A DNA stretch of 64,000 bases from the NCBI GenBank assembly GCA_041640035.1, contig JBEQBC010000001.1, positions 32,001 to 96,000 of the forward strand. Direction: 5' to 3'. The translations under genes were made by a program, and so were the position numbers. The stretch comes from Candidatus Nanohaloarchaea archaeon (GTDB taxonomy: Archaea > Nanohalarchaeota > Nanosalinia > Nanosalinales > Nanosalinaceae). Positions 38,229-47,917 of the stretch are shown here, piece after piece. Under the pieces are notes generated by a model. It saw only the letters and a program-made list of their open reading frames with translations. It had not been told where the DNA came from and ran no database searches. Within the stretch, counting starts at the first letter, position 1. Every line of letters starts with the position of its first letter.

Positions 38229-40223
38229 ATGGAGTACGGGGAGGCGGTAAATGAATTCGAGGAATTGTTCTCTACGGAGATGTACGAAGAGGTAGCCCGA
38301 GCTGTACAGAGCGGAGACACCTCAGTAGTCGTCAACTTCAAAGAGATGGATATCTTCAACCCCGAGCTCGCAGAGTACCTTAAAGATAATCCACAGGACG
38401 CGATGAACGCCTCAGAAGAAGCAGTAGAAGGAGTAGACATAGTATCAGACGAAGACCTCCGAGTAAGATTCACAGAGATGCCGGAAGAGGACTTCGTATA
38501 CCTGAGAAACCTTAGATCCCAGCACATCGGCAAGTTCGTACCGATCGAAGGAATGATCAAAAGAGCAAGTCAGGTCAAACCAGAGGTAGTATCAGCAATA
38601 TTCGAATGTTCTCAGTGCGGCGACCGGTACGAGAAAGAACAGGACTCCAGTGAACTCAAATCACCGTACAAATGCGACTGCGGAAGCCGAAAGTTTGATG
38701 TAGTCGAGAAAAAGATGACAGATACACAGACCATCACGGTTGAGGAAAACCCTGAAAGCCGTGAAGGAAGCGAACAGCCATCAACACTATCAGTAAGACT
38801 TGAAGGCGACCTAGTCGACCCAGAATTCCAGAAAAGAGTCGTACCAGGAAATGTAGCACATATCACCGGAGTACTCAAAGAATCACCAATCAAGAAGAAC
38901 TCCAAAAAATTCGACATCTACATGGACGCCAACTACCTCCAACCAGTACAGATGGAGTTCGAACAACTCGAACTCACAGAAGAAGAGATAGAAGAAATCG
39001 AGGCGATGGGAGAGCAGGACGATATATTCGAACAGATTGTTGACTCGATAGCACCCTCCATTTTCGGACATAAACAGGTGAAGAAAGCAATAGCGTTACA
39101 GCTGTTCGGAGGAGTTAAGAAGACGCGTGAAGACGGTGTCAAAAGCCGTGGAGATATACACATACTACTAATCGGAGAACCAGGAACAGGAAAATCACAG
39201 CTACTCAAGTTCACAGGAGAACTCGCGCCAAAAGGACGGTATGTAGTAGGAAAGTCCTCAACAGGAGCAGGACTGACAGCATCAGTAGTCAAAGAAGAAA
39301 GCACAGGCGAGTTCACACTGGAAGCAGGAGCCGTAGTACTGGCTCATAAAGGAATGGCCGCGATCGACGAAATCGACAAGATGGCCGCAGAAGATCGTTC
39401 CAGTCTGCACGAAGCGATGGAGCAGCAGCAGATCTCAGTATCCAAAGCTAACATCCAGGCAACACTGAACGCACAGACATCAATCCTGGCAGCTGGAAAC
39501 CCGAAGCTCGGCCGTTTCGATCCATACGAACCGATAGGAGAACAGATCAACATCGGAGACACACTGCTCTCACGATTCGACTTCATCTTCCCGGTCAAGG
39601 ACGAACCAGACCAGAGCCGAGACGAAAAATTGTCTGGACAAATCCTTCAGAACCATCAAAGTCCGGAAGAAATCACAGCATCGATCGGTCAGGAGCAGCT
39701 CCGGAAATATGTAGCATATGCACAGAGAAACATTCGCCCTGATCTAACTGAAGAAGCAGCAGACGCTATACAGGACTTCTACATCAACATGCGAAGCAAA
39801 GGAGGAGGCGAAGACGGTGGAAGCGTACCGATCACCGCAAGACAGCTGGAAGCACTTATCCGTATCGCAGAAGCATCAGCACGAGCCGAACTACGGCCAG
39901 AAGTCGTTGAAAAAGATGCAAAAAGAGCAATCGACATCCTAAGATACTGCCTGGAACAGGTCGGAGTCGATCCGGAGACAGGAGAGTTCGATGTAGATAT
40001 GATCGAATCAGGTGTCTCAAGCAGCCAGAGAAACAGGCTGCAATCCATCAAACAGATAATCGAGAAACTGGCAGAAGATGATGACGCGGCTGAGATCGAA
40101 GAAGTGATTGAGACAGCGGAGGATCAGGGTATAGAGCCTGACAAGGCTGAGGACATTATAGAGCGTTTGAAGCGTGAAGGAGAACTGTTCGAGCCTAAAC
40201 AGGGTCACATACAAAAAATCTAA
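38229..40223 (+). CDS. mcm: MCM replicative helicase
   Basis: Zn motif; GEPGTGKSQ; IDEIDKM; LLSRFD; ITARQLEALIR; no intein. Confidence 0.98.
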   Translation: MEYGEAVNEFEELFSTEMYEEVARAVQSGDTSVVVNFKEMDIFNPELAEYLKDNPQDAMNASEEAVEGVDIVSDEDLRVRFTEMPEEDFVYLRNLRSQHIGKFVPIEGMIKRASQVKPEVVSAIFECSQCGDRYEKEQDSSELKSPYKCDCGSRKFDVVEKKMTDTQTITVEENPESREGSEQPSTLSVRLEGDLVDPEFQKRVVPGNVAHITGVLKESPIKKNSKKFDIYMDANYLQPVQMEFEQLELTEEEIEEIEAMGEQDDIFEQIVDSIAPSIFGHKQVKKAIALQLFGGVKKTREDGVKSRGDIHILLIGEPGTGKSQLLKFTGELAPKGRYVVGKSSTGAGLTASVVKEESTGEFTLEAGAVVLAHKGMAAIDEIDKMAAEDRSSLHEAMEQQQISVSKANIQATLNAQTSILAAGNPKLGRFDPYEPIGEQINIGDTLLSRFDFIFPVKDEPDQSRDEKLSGQILQNHQSPEEITASIGQEQLRKYVAYAQRNIRPDLTEEAADAIQDFYINMRSKGGGEDGGSVPITARQLEALIRIAEASARAELRPEVVEKDAKRAIDILRYCLEQVGVDPETGEFDVDMIESGVSSSQRNRLQSIKQIIEKLAEDDDAAEIEEVIETAEDQGIEPDKAEDIIERLKREGELFEPKQGHIQKI

Positions 40224-40271
40224 TCCAAAAGATTTGATTCAAAAGAGTACTTTGAAGAGGTAATAAAATAT

Positions 40272-41015
40272 ATGCCACAGCAGAAAAGACAGACAGCGAA
40301 GCTCACCACAACAGAAGAGATAAACCAGGGCAAATTCTTCCAGCGAGAAGGATTCGAACCAAACTTCCTTCTAACACCGCATGGGAGAAGAATCTCAAGA
40401 GGAAGACTGGTAGCTACTGTCGTAGACATATTCGTCAACGATGACGAGACCTACGGATCAATAACCGTAGACGACGGAAAAGATACTACACAGATCAAGT
40501 TCTTCAACGAACTCGACCCAATCGACGAATTCGAAATAGGAGACATCATCGAAGTAGTAGGAAAAATCCGCGAATACCAAGGACAGAAATACCTCAACGG
40601 AGAAGTAATGGAAGAAGTAGAACCGGAAAAAGAACTTCTACACCAGCTCAGATACAGAAAAGAAACAGTCGAATGGAACCAGATTCGGGAAACAGTCAAA
40701 CAACTCAAAGAATCCGGCAAAGACCAAGAAGAAATAGAAAACGAGATGGCCGGAAAACTTGACGAAGACGAAGTAGACGCACTACTACAGAGCTTCGGAG
40801 AAGACTTCGGACAGGAAACCACAGAAGTCGACGAAAACCTGGAAAGAGAAACACTTGAAGCCATCGAAGAACTGGACGAAGGAGACGGAGCAGACTACGC
40901 AGAAATCGTAGAAAGCGTAGACGCACCAGAAGAACAACTAGAAAACACAATCAACTCACTGCTGTCAGAAGGAACCTGCTACGAACCACAGCCAGGAAAG
41001 ATCAAGAAACTATAG
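40272..41015 (+). CDS. RPA2/RPA32-like OB-fold + winged-helix protein
   Basis: ITVDDG...IEVVGKIREY OB fold; LLSEGTCYEP C-terminal wH; follows mcm. Confidence 0.8.
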   Translation: MPQQKRQTAKLTTTEEINQGKFFQREGFEPNFLLTPHGRRISRGRLVATVVDIFVNDDETYGSITVDDGKDTTQIKFFNELDPIDEFEIGDIIEVVGKIREYQGQKYLNGEVMEEVEPEKELLHQLRYRKETVEWNQIRETVKQLKESGKDQEEIENEMAGKLDEDEVDALLQSFGEDFGQETTEVDENLERETLEAIEELDEGDGADYAEIVESVDAPEEQLENTINSLLSEGTCYEPQPGKIKKL

Positions 41016-41022
41016 ATTAACT

Positions 41023-41502
41023 ATGGAATTTGTTTTGGGAGTATTGCAGCTAATTTTTTCTTTCTTAAGTACAGCTTTTCTAGGGTACATAGCGTATAAG
41101 CGATATTGGTTTGACATTAGAAAAAATGAGCGTCCTAAAATTGTGAAGGATAGATCCGCTGAATCCGAGATAGCATATCTTTTTGTGGTGGAGAATGAAG
41201 GTGTAGGAGATGCTGAAAATGTTAGAGTAGAACATATTCACTATTTTGTAAAAGAAGATGGAGTTTTTGAGTCTATTAAATTCGATAATGATCCAAATGT
41301 TACATTAGGAAAGCATAATCTCGTTAAGAAAGGAGATTCTGCTCTTATAGTATTACCTAAGGAAGAGATACCTGCTAAAGCTGAAGTTCTAGATATACAA
41401 TTAGCTTCAGATAAAGGTCTCTTCGGTATTCGCTTTGTTCTTTCGGAGGCTCAGAGTTTCGATGGCGATTTAGAAGAAATATTGGTTTCTAATCCTTCTT
41501 AG
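41023..41502 (+). CDS. Low-GC membrane-anchored protein, possible Ig-like ectodomain
   Basis: N-terminal TM; V.N.G.GDA.NV motif; AT-rich relative to neighbours. Confidence 0.65.
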   Translation: MEFVLGVLQLIFSFLSTAFLGYIAYKRYWFDIRKNERPKIVKDRSAESEIAYLFVVENEGVGDAENVRVEHIHYFVKEDGVFESIKFDNDPNVTLGKHNLVKKGDSALIVLPKEEIPAKAEVLDIQLASDKGLFGIRFVLSEAQSFDGDLEEILVSNPS

Positions 41503-41544
41503 TAGCCATGTTGAATTAAGAAATTCATCCTATCATGTTTAACC

Positions 41545-41943
41545 ATGAGCGATTACGACGAACTACTGGATAAGGCGCAGGATGAGGTACCGGATGACAT
41601 TGATGAAGGAGAGCGTTTCGAGCTTCCGGAGCTGAAGACTCGTAAGGAAGGTTCCAAGACGATAATCGAGGATTTCTCGGATATCGCTGACAAGCTTGGA
41701 AGAGATGAGAAACATCTTTCGAAGTATCTTCAGAACGAGGTCGGTACAGCAGGCCACATCGATAACGGTGAACTGGTCTTGAATGGAGAGTTCAGGAGAG
41801 GGAATGTTCAGTCCAAGCTTGAGAACTACGCTGACAAGTTTGTTTACTGTCCTGAGTGCAGCCGTCCTGATACGAAAATTGTCAAGGAGAAGGGCGTTGA
41901 ACTGTTGAAATGTCAGGCTTGTGGTGCCAGAAATCCTATCTAA
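41545..41943 (+). CDS. eif2b: Translation initiation factor aIF2 beta
   Basis: ERFELP; EG.KT...F; CPECSRPDT; CQACGA. Confidence 0.96.
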   Translation: MSDYDELLDKAQDEVPDDIDEGERFELPELKTRKEGSKTIIEDFSDIADKLGRDEKHLSKYLQNEVGTAGHIDNGELVLNGEFRRGNVQSKLENYADKFVYCPECSRPDTKIVKEKGVELLKCQACGARNPI

Positions 41944-42012
41944 TTTTCCATCCCTCCTTATTAAAAGATTACGGAGATAATCAACTTTCTACTAACGAGG
42001 TAACACATTACA

Positions 42013-42237
42013 ATGCCAGAACAACCGAACGATGTTTCTCCACAGCAAGCAATGCAGATGATGCAGCAAAAACTAGGAAACCTAGAACTTACTGTACACG
42101 CACTGCTAGCTGTACTTGAAGAGAAAGACATGGTCGATCAAGACAACATCAACGAAAAAGCACAGGAAATCGTTGATGAGATGCAGGAAGAACAGGGCCA
42201 GGTCCAGCAGGGACACGAAGGTCACGACCACGAATAA
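42013..42237 (+). CDS. Small hypothetical protein with His-rich tail
   Basis: GAGGT SD; helical core; GHEGHDHE end. Confidence 0.7.
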   Translation: MPEQPNDVSPQQAMQMMQQKLGNLELTVHALLAVLEEKDMVDQDNINEKAQEIVDEMQEEQGQVQQGHEGHDHE

Positions 42238-42315
42238 AAACTTTCTTTGATAGGACTTCAAAACTCCTATCTCCCTTAATTTACTTTTCTACTCTATTAT
42301 TCCAGCTAGAATTAT

Positions 42316-43023
42316 CTATCCGAATACTTCTTCCTCATCACGGCCTTTCTGAACAACTTCCTGCCAGTAAATACATCTATCTGCCAGAGGACCATCACCA
42401 CAGGTCGGATTACGAGCCTTACAATGCTCACGACCATGAGTAATCAGTAAACGATGGAAACCATACTTGATATCATCAGGAACCTTCTCATCCAAGATCT
42501 TATGCGCCTGCTTCCGTGACGCATCCTTCGGAATCAAACCAAGCCTCTTAGAAATACGGTGAACATGAGTATCAACAGGAATAACCGGCTTCTTGAAATG
42601 GAAACACAGGATGATTGCTGCGGTCTTCGGACCGATACCAGGAATATCCTCAAGCCAGTCCTTAGCTTCATCAACGCTCATCTCCTCGATGAAGTCCAGG
42701 CTGTATTCTCCTCCCGTTTCTTCACGGATGATACGCAAAGCATTCTGGATACGGTTAGCCTTGGTAGGACCTAATCCAGCTACACGGATAGTTTCGGTCA
42801 GTTCCTCAACATCGTCATGTTCAACTTCCTCCCAGGAATCATACTCTTCCTGAAGGTTGTCAAACGCCTTATCCCGGTTAATATCGTTAGTGTTCTGTGA
42901 AAGAATTGTCTCTACAAGGTACTCTACACCTGTCAGTTCTGGGGGTTCCGGTGCCTCTCCGTAGAAATCCCTGAGTTCCTGGTATATCTCTCTTATCTCC
43001 TCTGCTTCATCTTCGCCGCTCAT
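42316..43023 (-). CDS. nth: Endonuclease III (HhH-GPD glycosylase)
   Basis: ILSQNT.D; IPGIGPKTA; PVDTHVHR; HGREHCKARNP.C; ATG at 43023. Confidence 0.92.
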   Translation of the reverse strand: MSGEDEAEEIREIYQELRDFYGEAPEPPELTGVEYLVETILSQNTNDINRDKAFDNLQEEYDSWEEVEHDDVEELTETIRVAGLGPTKANRIQNALRIIREETGGEYSLDFIEEMSVDEAKDWLEDIPGIGPKTAAIILCFHFKKPVIPVDTHVHRISKRLGLIPKDASRKQAHKILDEKVPDDIKYGFHRLLITHGREHCKARNPTCGDGPLADRCIYWQEVVQKGRDEEEVFG

Positions 43024-43027
43024 CTTA

Positions 43028-43894
43028 TCATTCAGTATCTGTAAGCAGTTTTTTGAATCTGAACTGGTACAATGCGTCAACAGTTTTCCGGTTATCATCG
43101 AAGCCGCCAAGATACTCTCCCTCTTCAATTTCCTGGCAGACCTGTCTCTCACCTACAAGGTAGATATCACTGTTTTCAAGCTCCGCGATCTTTTCCTCAA
43201 CCAGTTCCGAGAACTCCACGATCTGCTGATCCCGTTTCCTCTCGAAACGGCCCTGACTGAACCCGCCCTTGCTATGTTGTTTCTCTATACGGGTCTTCAG
43301 GTCTTCAACTTTCTCGATATCTCCGTTCTGCTCCCTGTAGATATGTGCGTTTCCTGTTGATACTGTTACCCATATCTTCTCCTGCCAGATAAACTCCTCA
43401 ATCTGCTGGACGCTGAAGCTTTCATCCACGGTTATATCCTCTGCGTAGAACGGCCGGGTGCGGAGCAAGTAGTCTAAGAAACCGTTATCCGTAAATAGGA
43501 TAAACTCCTCATGTCCGGATACCTCTTCAATCACTTTCTTCTCTACAAAGTTATCTAGCTCGAAATCTCCGTAGCTATAGATAGTAACCATTTCATCGTG
43601 CTTGATCGAACTTAGCTTGTTGATCAGTTCTTTGGCCTCTTTGAAGCTCAGCCTTGTGAAACCTGTTTTCGTGGTTTCCTCTGTTTTTTCCTCTTCTTTC
43701 TGCGATTCCAGTTTGTCCTTCAGCCGGTTGAGTTCTTCCTGCGCCTGTTGTTTCTCCCGAGCTAGTTTCTTCCGTTTTTCTTCACTTCCCTCTAACTGGG
43801 CTTCCAGGCTCTCTACCTCTTCTTTCAGCTCTTGAATCTCTTCCTCTTTTTCCTCGATCTCCTGTTCCAGTTCATCGCTGTTTCCGAACAACAT
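43028..43894 (-). CDS. Vms1/acVLRF1-like peptidyl-tRNA hydrolase with N-terminal coiled coil
   Basis: HSKGGFSQGRFERKR motif. Confidence 0.85.
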   Translation of the reverse strand: MLFGNSDELEQEIEEKEEEIQELKEEVESLEAQLEGSEEKRKKLAREKQQAQEELNRLKDKLESQKEEEKTEETTKTGFTRLSFKEAKELINKLSSIKHDEMVTIYSYGDFELDNFVEKKVIEEVSGHEEFILFTDNGFLDYLLRTRPFYAEDITVDESFSVQQIEEFIWQEKIWVTVSTGNAHIYREQNGDIEKVEDLKTRIEKQHSKGGFSQGRFERKRDQQIVEFSELVEEKIAELENSDIYLVGERQVCQEIEEGEYLGGFDDNRKTVDALYQFRFKKLLTDTE

Positions 43895-43998
43895 ACTTTT
43901 TTGATGCTGTTTCCACCGTCAAAAACCTTTGCTACTACCTGCTGAGGAAAACCCTTTTAAATTTAGCAGAGCTTAACGGTTACCAAGTGGTTAAATCA

Positions 43999-44301
43999 AT
44001 GCCAGAACTAACAGTTGAGGAACTTGACGCGGAATCTGATGATGTCGAAATCACAGGAACAATCAAAAGACTGCCAACACCAAGAGCAGTATCCACTCAG
44101 TACGGACAGAAACGAATCACGACAGTAGTATTCGAGGACGAAACAGGAGAAATCGACCTCACACTCTGGGAAGAAGAGATCGACGCAATCGAAGAAGGAG
44201 CAGATGTCAAGATCGAAGGAGCATATGTCCGAGAATGGGCTGACGACATTCAGCTCAATATCGGAAGAGACGGCTCCATCGAAAGAACCGACGAAGAATA
44301 A
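43999..44301 (+). CDS. Single-OB-fold ssDNA-binding protein
   Basis: DETGEIDLTLW...EEG..VKI.GAYV.EW....QLNIG. Confidence 0.88.
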   Translation: MPELTVEELDAESDDVEITGTIKRLPTPRAVSTQYGQKRITTVVFEDETGEIDLTLWEEEIDAIEEGADVKIEGAYVREWADDIQLNIGRDGSIERTDEE

Positions 44302-44423
44302 GGTTCTTCACCGTCTAAACAGGCTTTTTCTTCAGAAAAAACCATATCTATTTCCCTCTTTAATTTTCCACTAAGCACGGTTTCAATCAATTTTTTTGAA
44401 TTAGGCAGTTCTACTACCTGTTT

Positions 44424-45176
44424 ATGCCGGAAGAAACAGAATCGGATAACGCCGTGTTCGGATATGGAAGCCTGATACTACCGACCTCACTGGTCAGCCG
44501 TTTCGTAGACCTAGAGGAAGAAGTCGACCCGATATACGAGGAAGAACTTGGACTGGAGGACGAAGGCCTGGTCCGTGAAGAAGCAGAAGAAGCATGGCAG
44601 GAGCTACAGGAAGAGATAAATGTACTACCGGTCAGAGTACCGGGATTCCAGAGAAAATACAGTTATGAATCACCACGCGGCGGCGCAATGCTGGAAGCAG
44701 ACTACACCGGCAGCGATGAAGACTACATCAACGGCGTACTTGTAACAGGTATCAGCGAAGAGAAAAAACAGGAGATGGACTCCACAGAGGACGGCTACCA
44801 ACGCATAGAAGTACCCCTGGAAGATGTCGAACACTACCTCAGCGACGACCAACTTGAAGAAATGGATGTAGACCTACCTGAAAACATCGAGATCTATGTA
44901 GCAGAAGAAGACTCAGAAATGTTCGACGGAGAAACCGATCGCTCCAAGAATGAGACCTACCACGCAAGAATAATGAAAGGAATCGAGATGCTGGGCGAGA
45001 TGTACGGCGAAGAAGTAGCACAGGACTTCTACGAAGACTTTCTGGACTCAACGCAGGAAAGAAACTTTCTCACAGATGAAGACTGGAAGGACTCATCGTA
45101 CAACGAAGCGATAGAGTACCTTTTCGAAGAAGTACTGGATGAAGAAGCCGAAGAGATCGAGGAAGAATATGAGTAA
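44424..45176 (+). CDS. Gamma-glutamylcyclotransferase-like fold protein
   Basis: VFGYGSLI; GFQR; INGVL; D..E.GY.R. Confidence 0.75.
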   Translation: MPEETESDNAVFGYGSLILPTSLVSRFVDLEEEVDPIYEEELGLEDEGLVREEAEEAWQELQEEINVLPVRVPGFQRKYSYESPRGGAMLEADYTGSDEDYINGVLVTGISEEKKQEMDSTEDGYQRIEVPLEDVEHYLSDDQLEEMDVDLPENIEIYVAEEDSEMFDGETDRSKNETYHARIMKGIEMLGEMYGEEVAQDFYEDFLDSTQERNFLTDEDWKDSSYNEAIEYLFEEVLDEEAEEIEEEYE

Positions 45177-45281
45177 GGAAGGATTTCTGGGATACGACTT
45201 TCTACATAGGTACTTCTTTATCCCGAGTTGAGCAGTAAACCGGTTTTAACAAGATTGCCTTGTAGTGTTTTTCACAGACAG

Positions 45282-46367
45282 ATGGGAATCGAAGACCGTA
45301 TCCAGGAACTCGAGGATAAACTTGAGAAGACTCCGGTCAATAAGGCAACAGAGAAGGAGCGCGGAAGACTCAAGTCACAGATCGCGCAGCTGAAGGAAGA
45401 GAAACAGCAGAAACAGAAAGGTACCGGAGACACCTCAGGATACGCAGTAGAGAAAAAAGGCGACGCAACCGTAGCACTTGTCGGATTTCCATCAGTAGGT
45501 AAAAGTACTCTTCTGAACAATCTTACTAACGCAGAAGTCGACACCGGCGCATACGAATTCACAACACTAGATGTACATCCAGGGATGCTCAAGTACAAGG
45601 GCGCGAATATCCAGATCATGGATGTACCCGGACTTATAGGCGGTGCAGCAGACGGCCGAGGAGATGGAACACAGGTACTATCAGTCGTCAGAAACGCAGA
45701 CCTCGTACTCTATGTACTAGATCCTGAAGAGATGAGAGTCGACACTATCAAGGAGGAAATCTACAACGCAGGTATAAGAACAAATACTACACCTCCAGAT
45801 GTAAAGATAGAGAAGAAGGACCGTGGCGCAATCAGTATCTCCAGCACAGTCGACCTCTCCGTTCAAGAAGAAACCTTGAAGCAGGTTATGCGTGACAACG
45901 GCTATGTTAACGCAGAGGTTATAATCCGTGAAGATGTTGACCTGGACCGGTTCATTGATGTTATGCGAAGCAACCGCGTCTACATGCCGGCGGTAACAGT
46001 CGTGAACAAGGCAGATATGCTTTCCGATGAGGAGAAAGAAGAACTGGATGCTGATGTCGATCTGTTTATTTCAGCTGTCGATCATATTAATCTGGATGAG
46101 CTGAGGGAGATGATCTTCGATAAACTCGGTCTTATCCGTGTATACATGAAGGAGAAAGGTGAAGAAGCTGATAAGGATGAGCCCTTGATACTGCGTGAAG
46201 GTGATACTGTGGAGGATGCTCTTGACACGCTTCCAGGTGATATGAGAGACAGGTTCAAGAAGGCGAAGGTTAGCGGTGAGAGCTCCAAGTTCCCTCAGCA
46301 GAAGGTTGGAGAGGAGCATGAACTCATGGATGAAGATGTACTTGAACTGAACCTAAGACATATATAG
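45282..46367 (+). CDS. drg: DRG/OBG family GTPase with TGS domain
   Basis: GFPSVGKST; YEFTTL; DVPG; NKAD; ATG at 45282. Confidence 0.95.
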   Translation: MGIEDRIQELEDKLEKTPVNKATEKERGRLKSQIAQLKEEKQQKQKGTGDTSGYAVEKKGDATVALVGFPSVGKSTLLNNLTNAEVDTGAYEFTTLDVHPGMLKYKGANIQIMDVPGLIGGAADGRGDGTQVLSVVRNADLVLYVLDPEEMRVDTIKEEIYNAGIRTNTTPPDVKIEKKDRGAISISSTVDLSVQEETLKQVMRDNGYVNAEVIIREDVDLDRFIDVMRSNRVYMPAVTVVNKADMLSDEEKEELDADVDLFISAVDHINLDELREMIFDKLGLIRVYMKEKGEEADKDEPLILREGDTVEDALDTLPGDMRDRFKKAKVSGESSKFPQQKVGEEHELMDEDVLELNLRHI

Positions 46368-46486
46368 AAAACTAGCCTTGAAACAAAGGAATTTAAACCG
46401 TTTAGAGCTTCTCTGCCGTGTTTTAAATCGGTTAAACTTGGTGTAAACCGTTTGGTATATAAAGTTTTTTCTCCTTTTTACTTCTT

Positions 46487-46612
46487 GATGGCAACCGATT
46501 TTTCGGATGATACCGGTCATCAGATTCCGGTGGAGTTCGAACAAGGTAGGTTACCAGGACGCTTTTTGAGTTATGTCAAGAACCTGGTAAGGGGCTAAAA
46601 AATCCGAAAACC
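46487..46612 (+). ncRNA. Candidate structured RNA or leaderless 36-aa sORF (46488-46598)
   Basis: TATATAAA at 46456-46463; nested stems TTTTCGGAT/ATCCGAAAA, ACCGG/CCGGT, TTACCAGG/CCTGGTAA. Confidence 0.4.
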
Positions 46613-46736
46613 TATAGTTTTTCACGGCCCACCACCCAACTCTACTTTTCTTTTATAATTTCCAAATTCAGAGTACACTCAACAGATGATTTCAGTTAAA
46701 AATAGATATTAGAGAGAAAAAAGAATATTTGGTTAG

Positions 46737-47111
46737 TTACTCGATTGCTCGAGCGTTTATAACGCCGTCCTGTCCAGGTCGGGAAGTAATCTCTGCCTTA
46801 CCTTCGCTGGTCTGAACGATAGTACCTTTAGTTAGAAGAGATCTTCTTACAAAGTTAGGATTAGCAGGGTTCTCTTCAACTGCCTCAATCTCAACTTCCT
46901 TAACTTCTCCGTCTACAGCCAGGTTAGCTGTTTCAGCTTTCCTTACAACTGTCTTACTGTTTCCTCCTCGTGTTTCCTTGAAAACTACTTTGCTTCCGCC
47001 GAACTGAGGTTCGGAGAACTCCGATCCAATATCGTATTTACGGCTTTTTCTGTAACTACGGGTTTTACCTCCGCTCTTCTTAGTCTGAGATCGTTTATGC
47101 CAAACTGCCAT
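46737..47111 (-). CDS. rps8e: 30S ribosomal protein S8e
   Basis: K.SGG....RK.RKY..G; TRGGN.K; NPANPNFVRR..LTKG; TSRPGQDG.INA. Confidence 0.97.
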   Translation of the reverse strand: MAVWHKRSQTKKSGGKTRSYRKSRKYDIGSEFSEPQFGGSKVVFKETRGGNSKTVVRKAETANLAVDGEVKEVEIEAVEENPANPNFVRRSLLTKGTIVQTSEGKAEITSRPGQDGVINARAIE

Positions 47112-47281
47112 ACTCTTTTTATGACTGTGAAATTTTATAAAGCAAAAACCTGATTCAACGCGTTCATACGCATAGCAACACCAACACGCAGAACAATGAA
47201 ATGGTGTTCTGAACCGGTATTCTGGAAAGTGTTTAAATAACTTGTAGGTTCATTCCTTTCCTACAGGTGTAACTACCACAA

Positions 47282-47521
47282 ATGGCAAATAACAGTAAAA
47301 GACCGTTCGATGTACTAGATCAGTCAAAAGGAGAAAATGTACTAATTGACCTCAAACGATTCGGAGATGAAGAGGCAACAGTTTCAGGAGAACTACAGGC
47401 ATTCGATAAACACCTGAATGTTTGGCTAGAAAACGCTTCAGTAAAAACAGATGATGGAACAACACAGTACGGGAAGCTCTTCGTAAGAGGAGACAATGTA
47501 CTGTTCGTAAGCCCAGAGTGA
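47282..47521 (+). CDS. Sm-like (Lsm/SmAP) protein
   Basis: RPFDVL; G.L.AFD.HLNV.L; FVRGDNV..VSP; upstream of rpl37e. Confidence 0.95.
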   Translation: MANNSKRPFDVLDQSKGENVLIDLKRFGDEEATVSGELQAFDKHLNVWLENASVKTDDGTTQYGKLFVRGDNVLFVSPE

Positions 47522-47528
47522 TTCAACC

Positions 47529-47690
47529 ATGGGAATGAACAAAGGAAAACGAAACAAGAAAAAGCACGGAAAATGCAGAAGATGCGGCAAAGCATCTTAC
47601 AACCTACAGAAAGGACAGTGCGCACACTGCGGATTCGGAAAAACCGCAAAACGCAACGACTTCGACAAAGACAAGCCTAGAAAAGACTGA
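47529..47690 (+). CDS. rpl37e: 50S ribosomal protein L37e (absent from ORF track)
   Basis: Manual translation [42 protein letters not shown]...; conserved Lsm-L37e synteny. Confidence 0.95.
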   Translation: MGMNKGKRNKKKHGKCRRCGKASYNLQKGQCAHCGFGKTAKRNDFDKDKPRKD

Positions 47691-47719
47691 AAACTGGCTT
47701 AAAAAACACATATTTCCGC

Positions 47720-47869
47720 GGGCTCGTAGCTCAGTCTGGCAGAGCACCGGGCTTTTAACAACTCAAACTTAGGTTAAAAGCACTGAGCCACTTATGTGGC
47801 GATGACGAACCGTTTAACCACTACTCGGAAGAAACCCGGTAGTCGCGGGTTCAAATCCCGTCGAGCCCA
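47720..47869 (+). tRNA. tRNA-Lys(UUU) with 76-nt intron at 37/38 (47758-47833)
   Basis: Acceptor GGGCTCG/CGAGCCC; anticodon stem CCGGG/CCCGG; loop CT-TTT-A|A; T-loop GTTCAAATC; relaxed BHB (CUUU/GAAG helix, 3-nt bulges). Confidence 0.93.
47758..47833 (+). ncRNA. Intron-encoded box C/D-like guide RNA candidate
   Basis: Guide GGTTAAAAGC (47772-47781), box D CTGA (47783-47786), stem GCCAC/GTGGC, box C ATGACGA (47802-47808). Confidence 0.7.
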
Positions 47870-47917
47870 CTCAATAACTCCTTAAAAATTTACAAAGGAG
47901 TTAACCTATACACGCAA

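Noticed and set aside
38229-40223. Inteins in MCM (also checked AtpA and ligase)
   Set aside because: Normal lengths; no C...HN splice motifs
46495-46530. Hammerhead ribozyme core (CTGATGA...GAAA on - strand)
   Set aside because: Stem II does not close next to the core, and stems I and III cannot be formed
46487-46640. 5S rRNA, SRP RNA or RNase P RNA
   Set aside because: No 5S loop C/E context, no SRP helix-8 motif, no GAGGAAAGUCC
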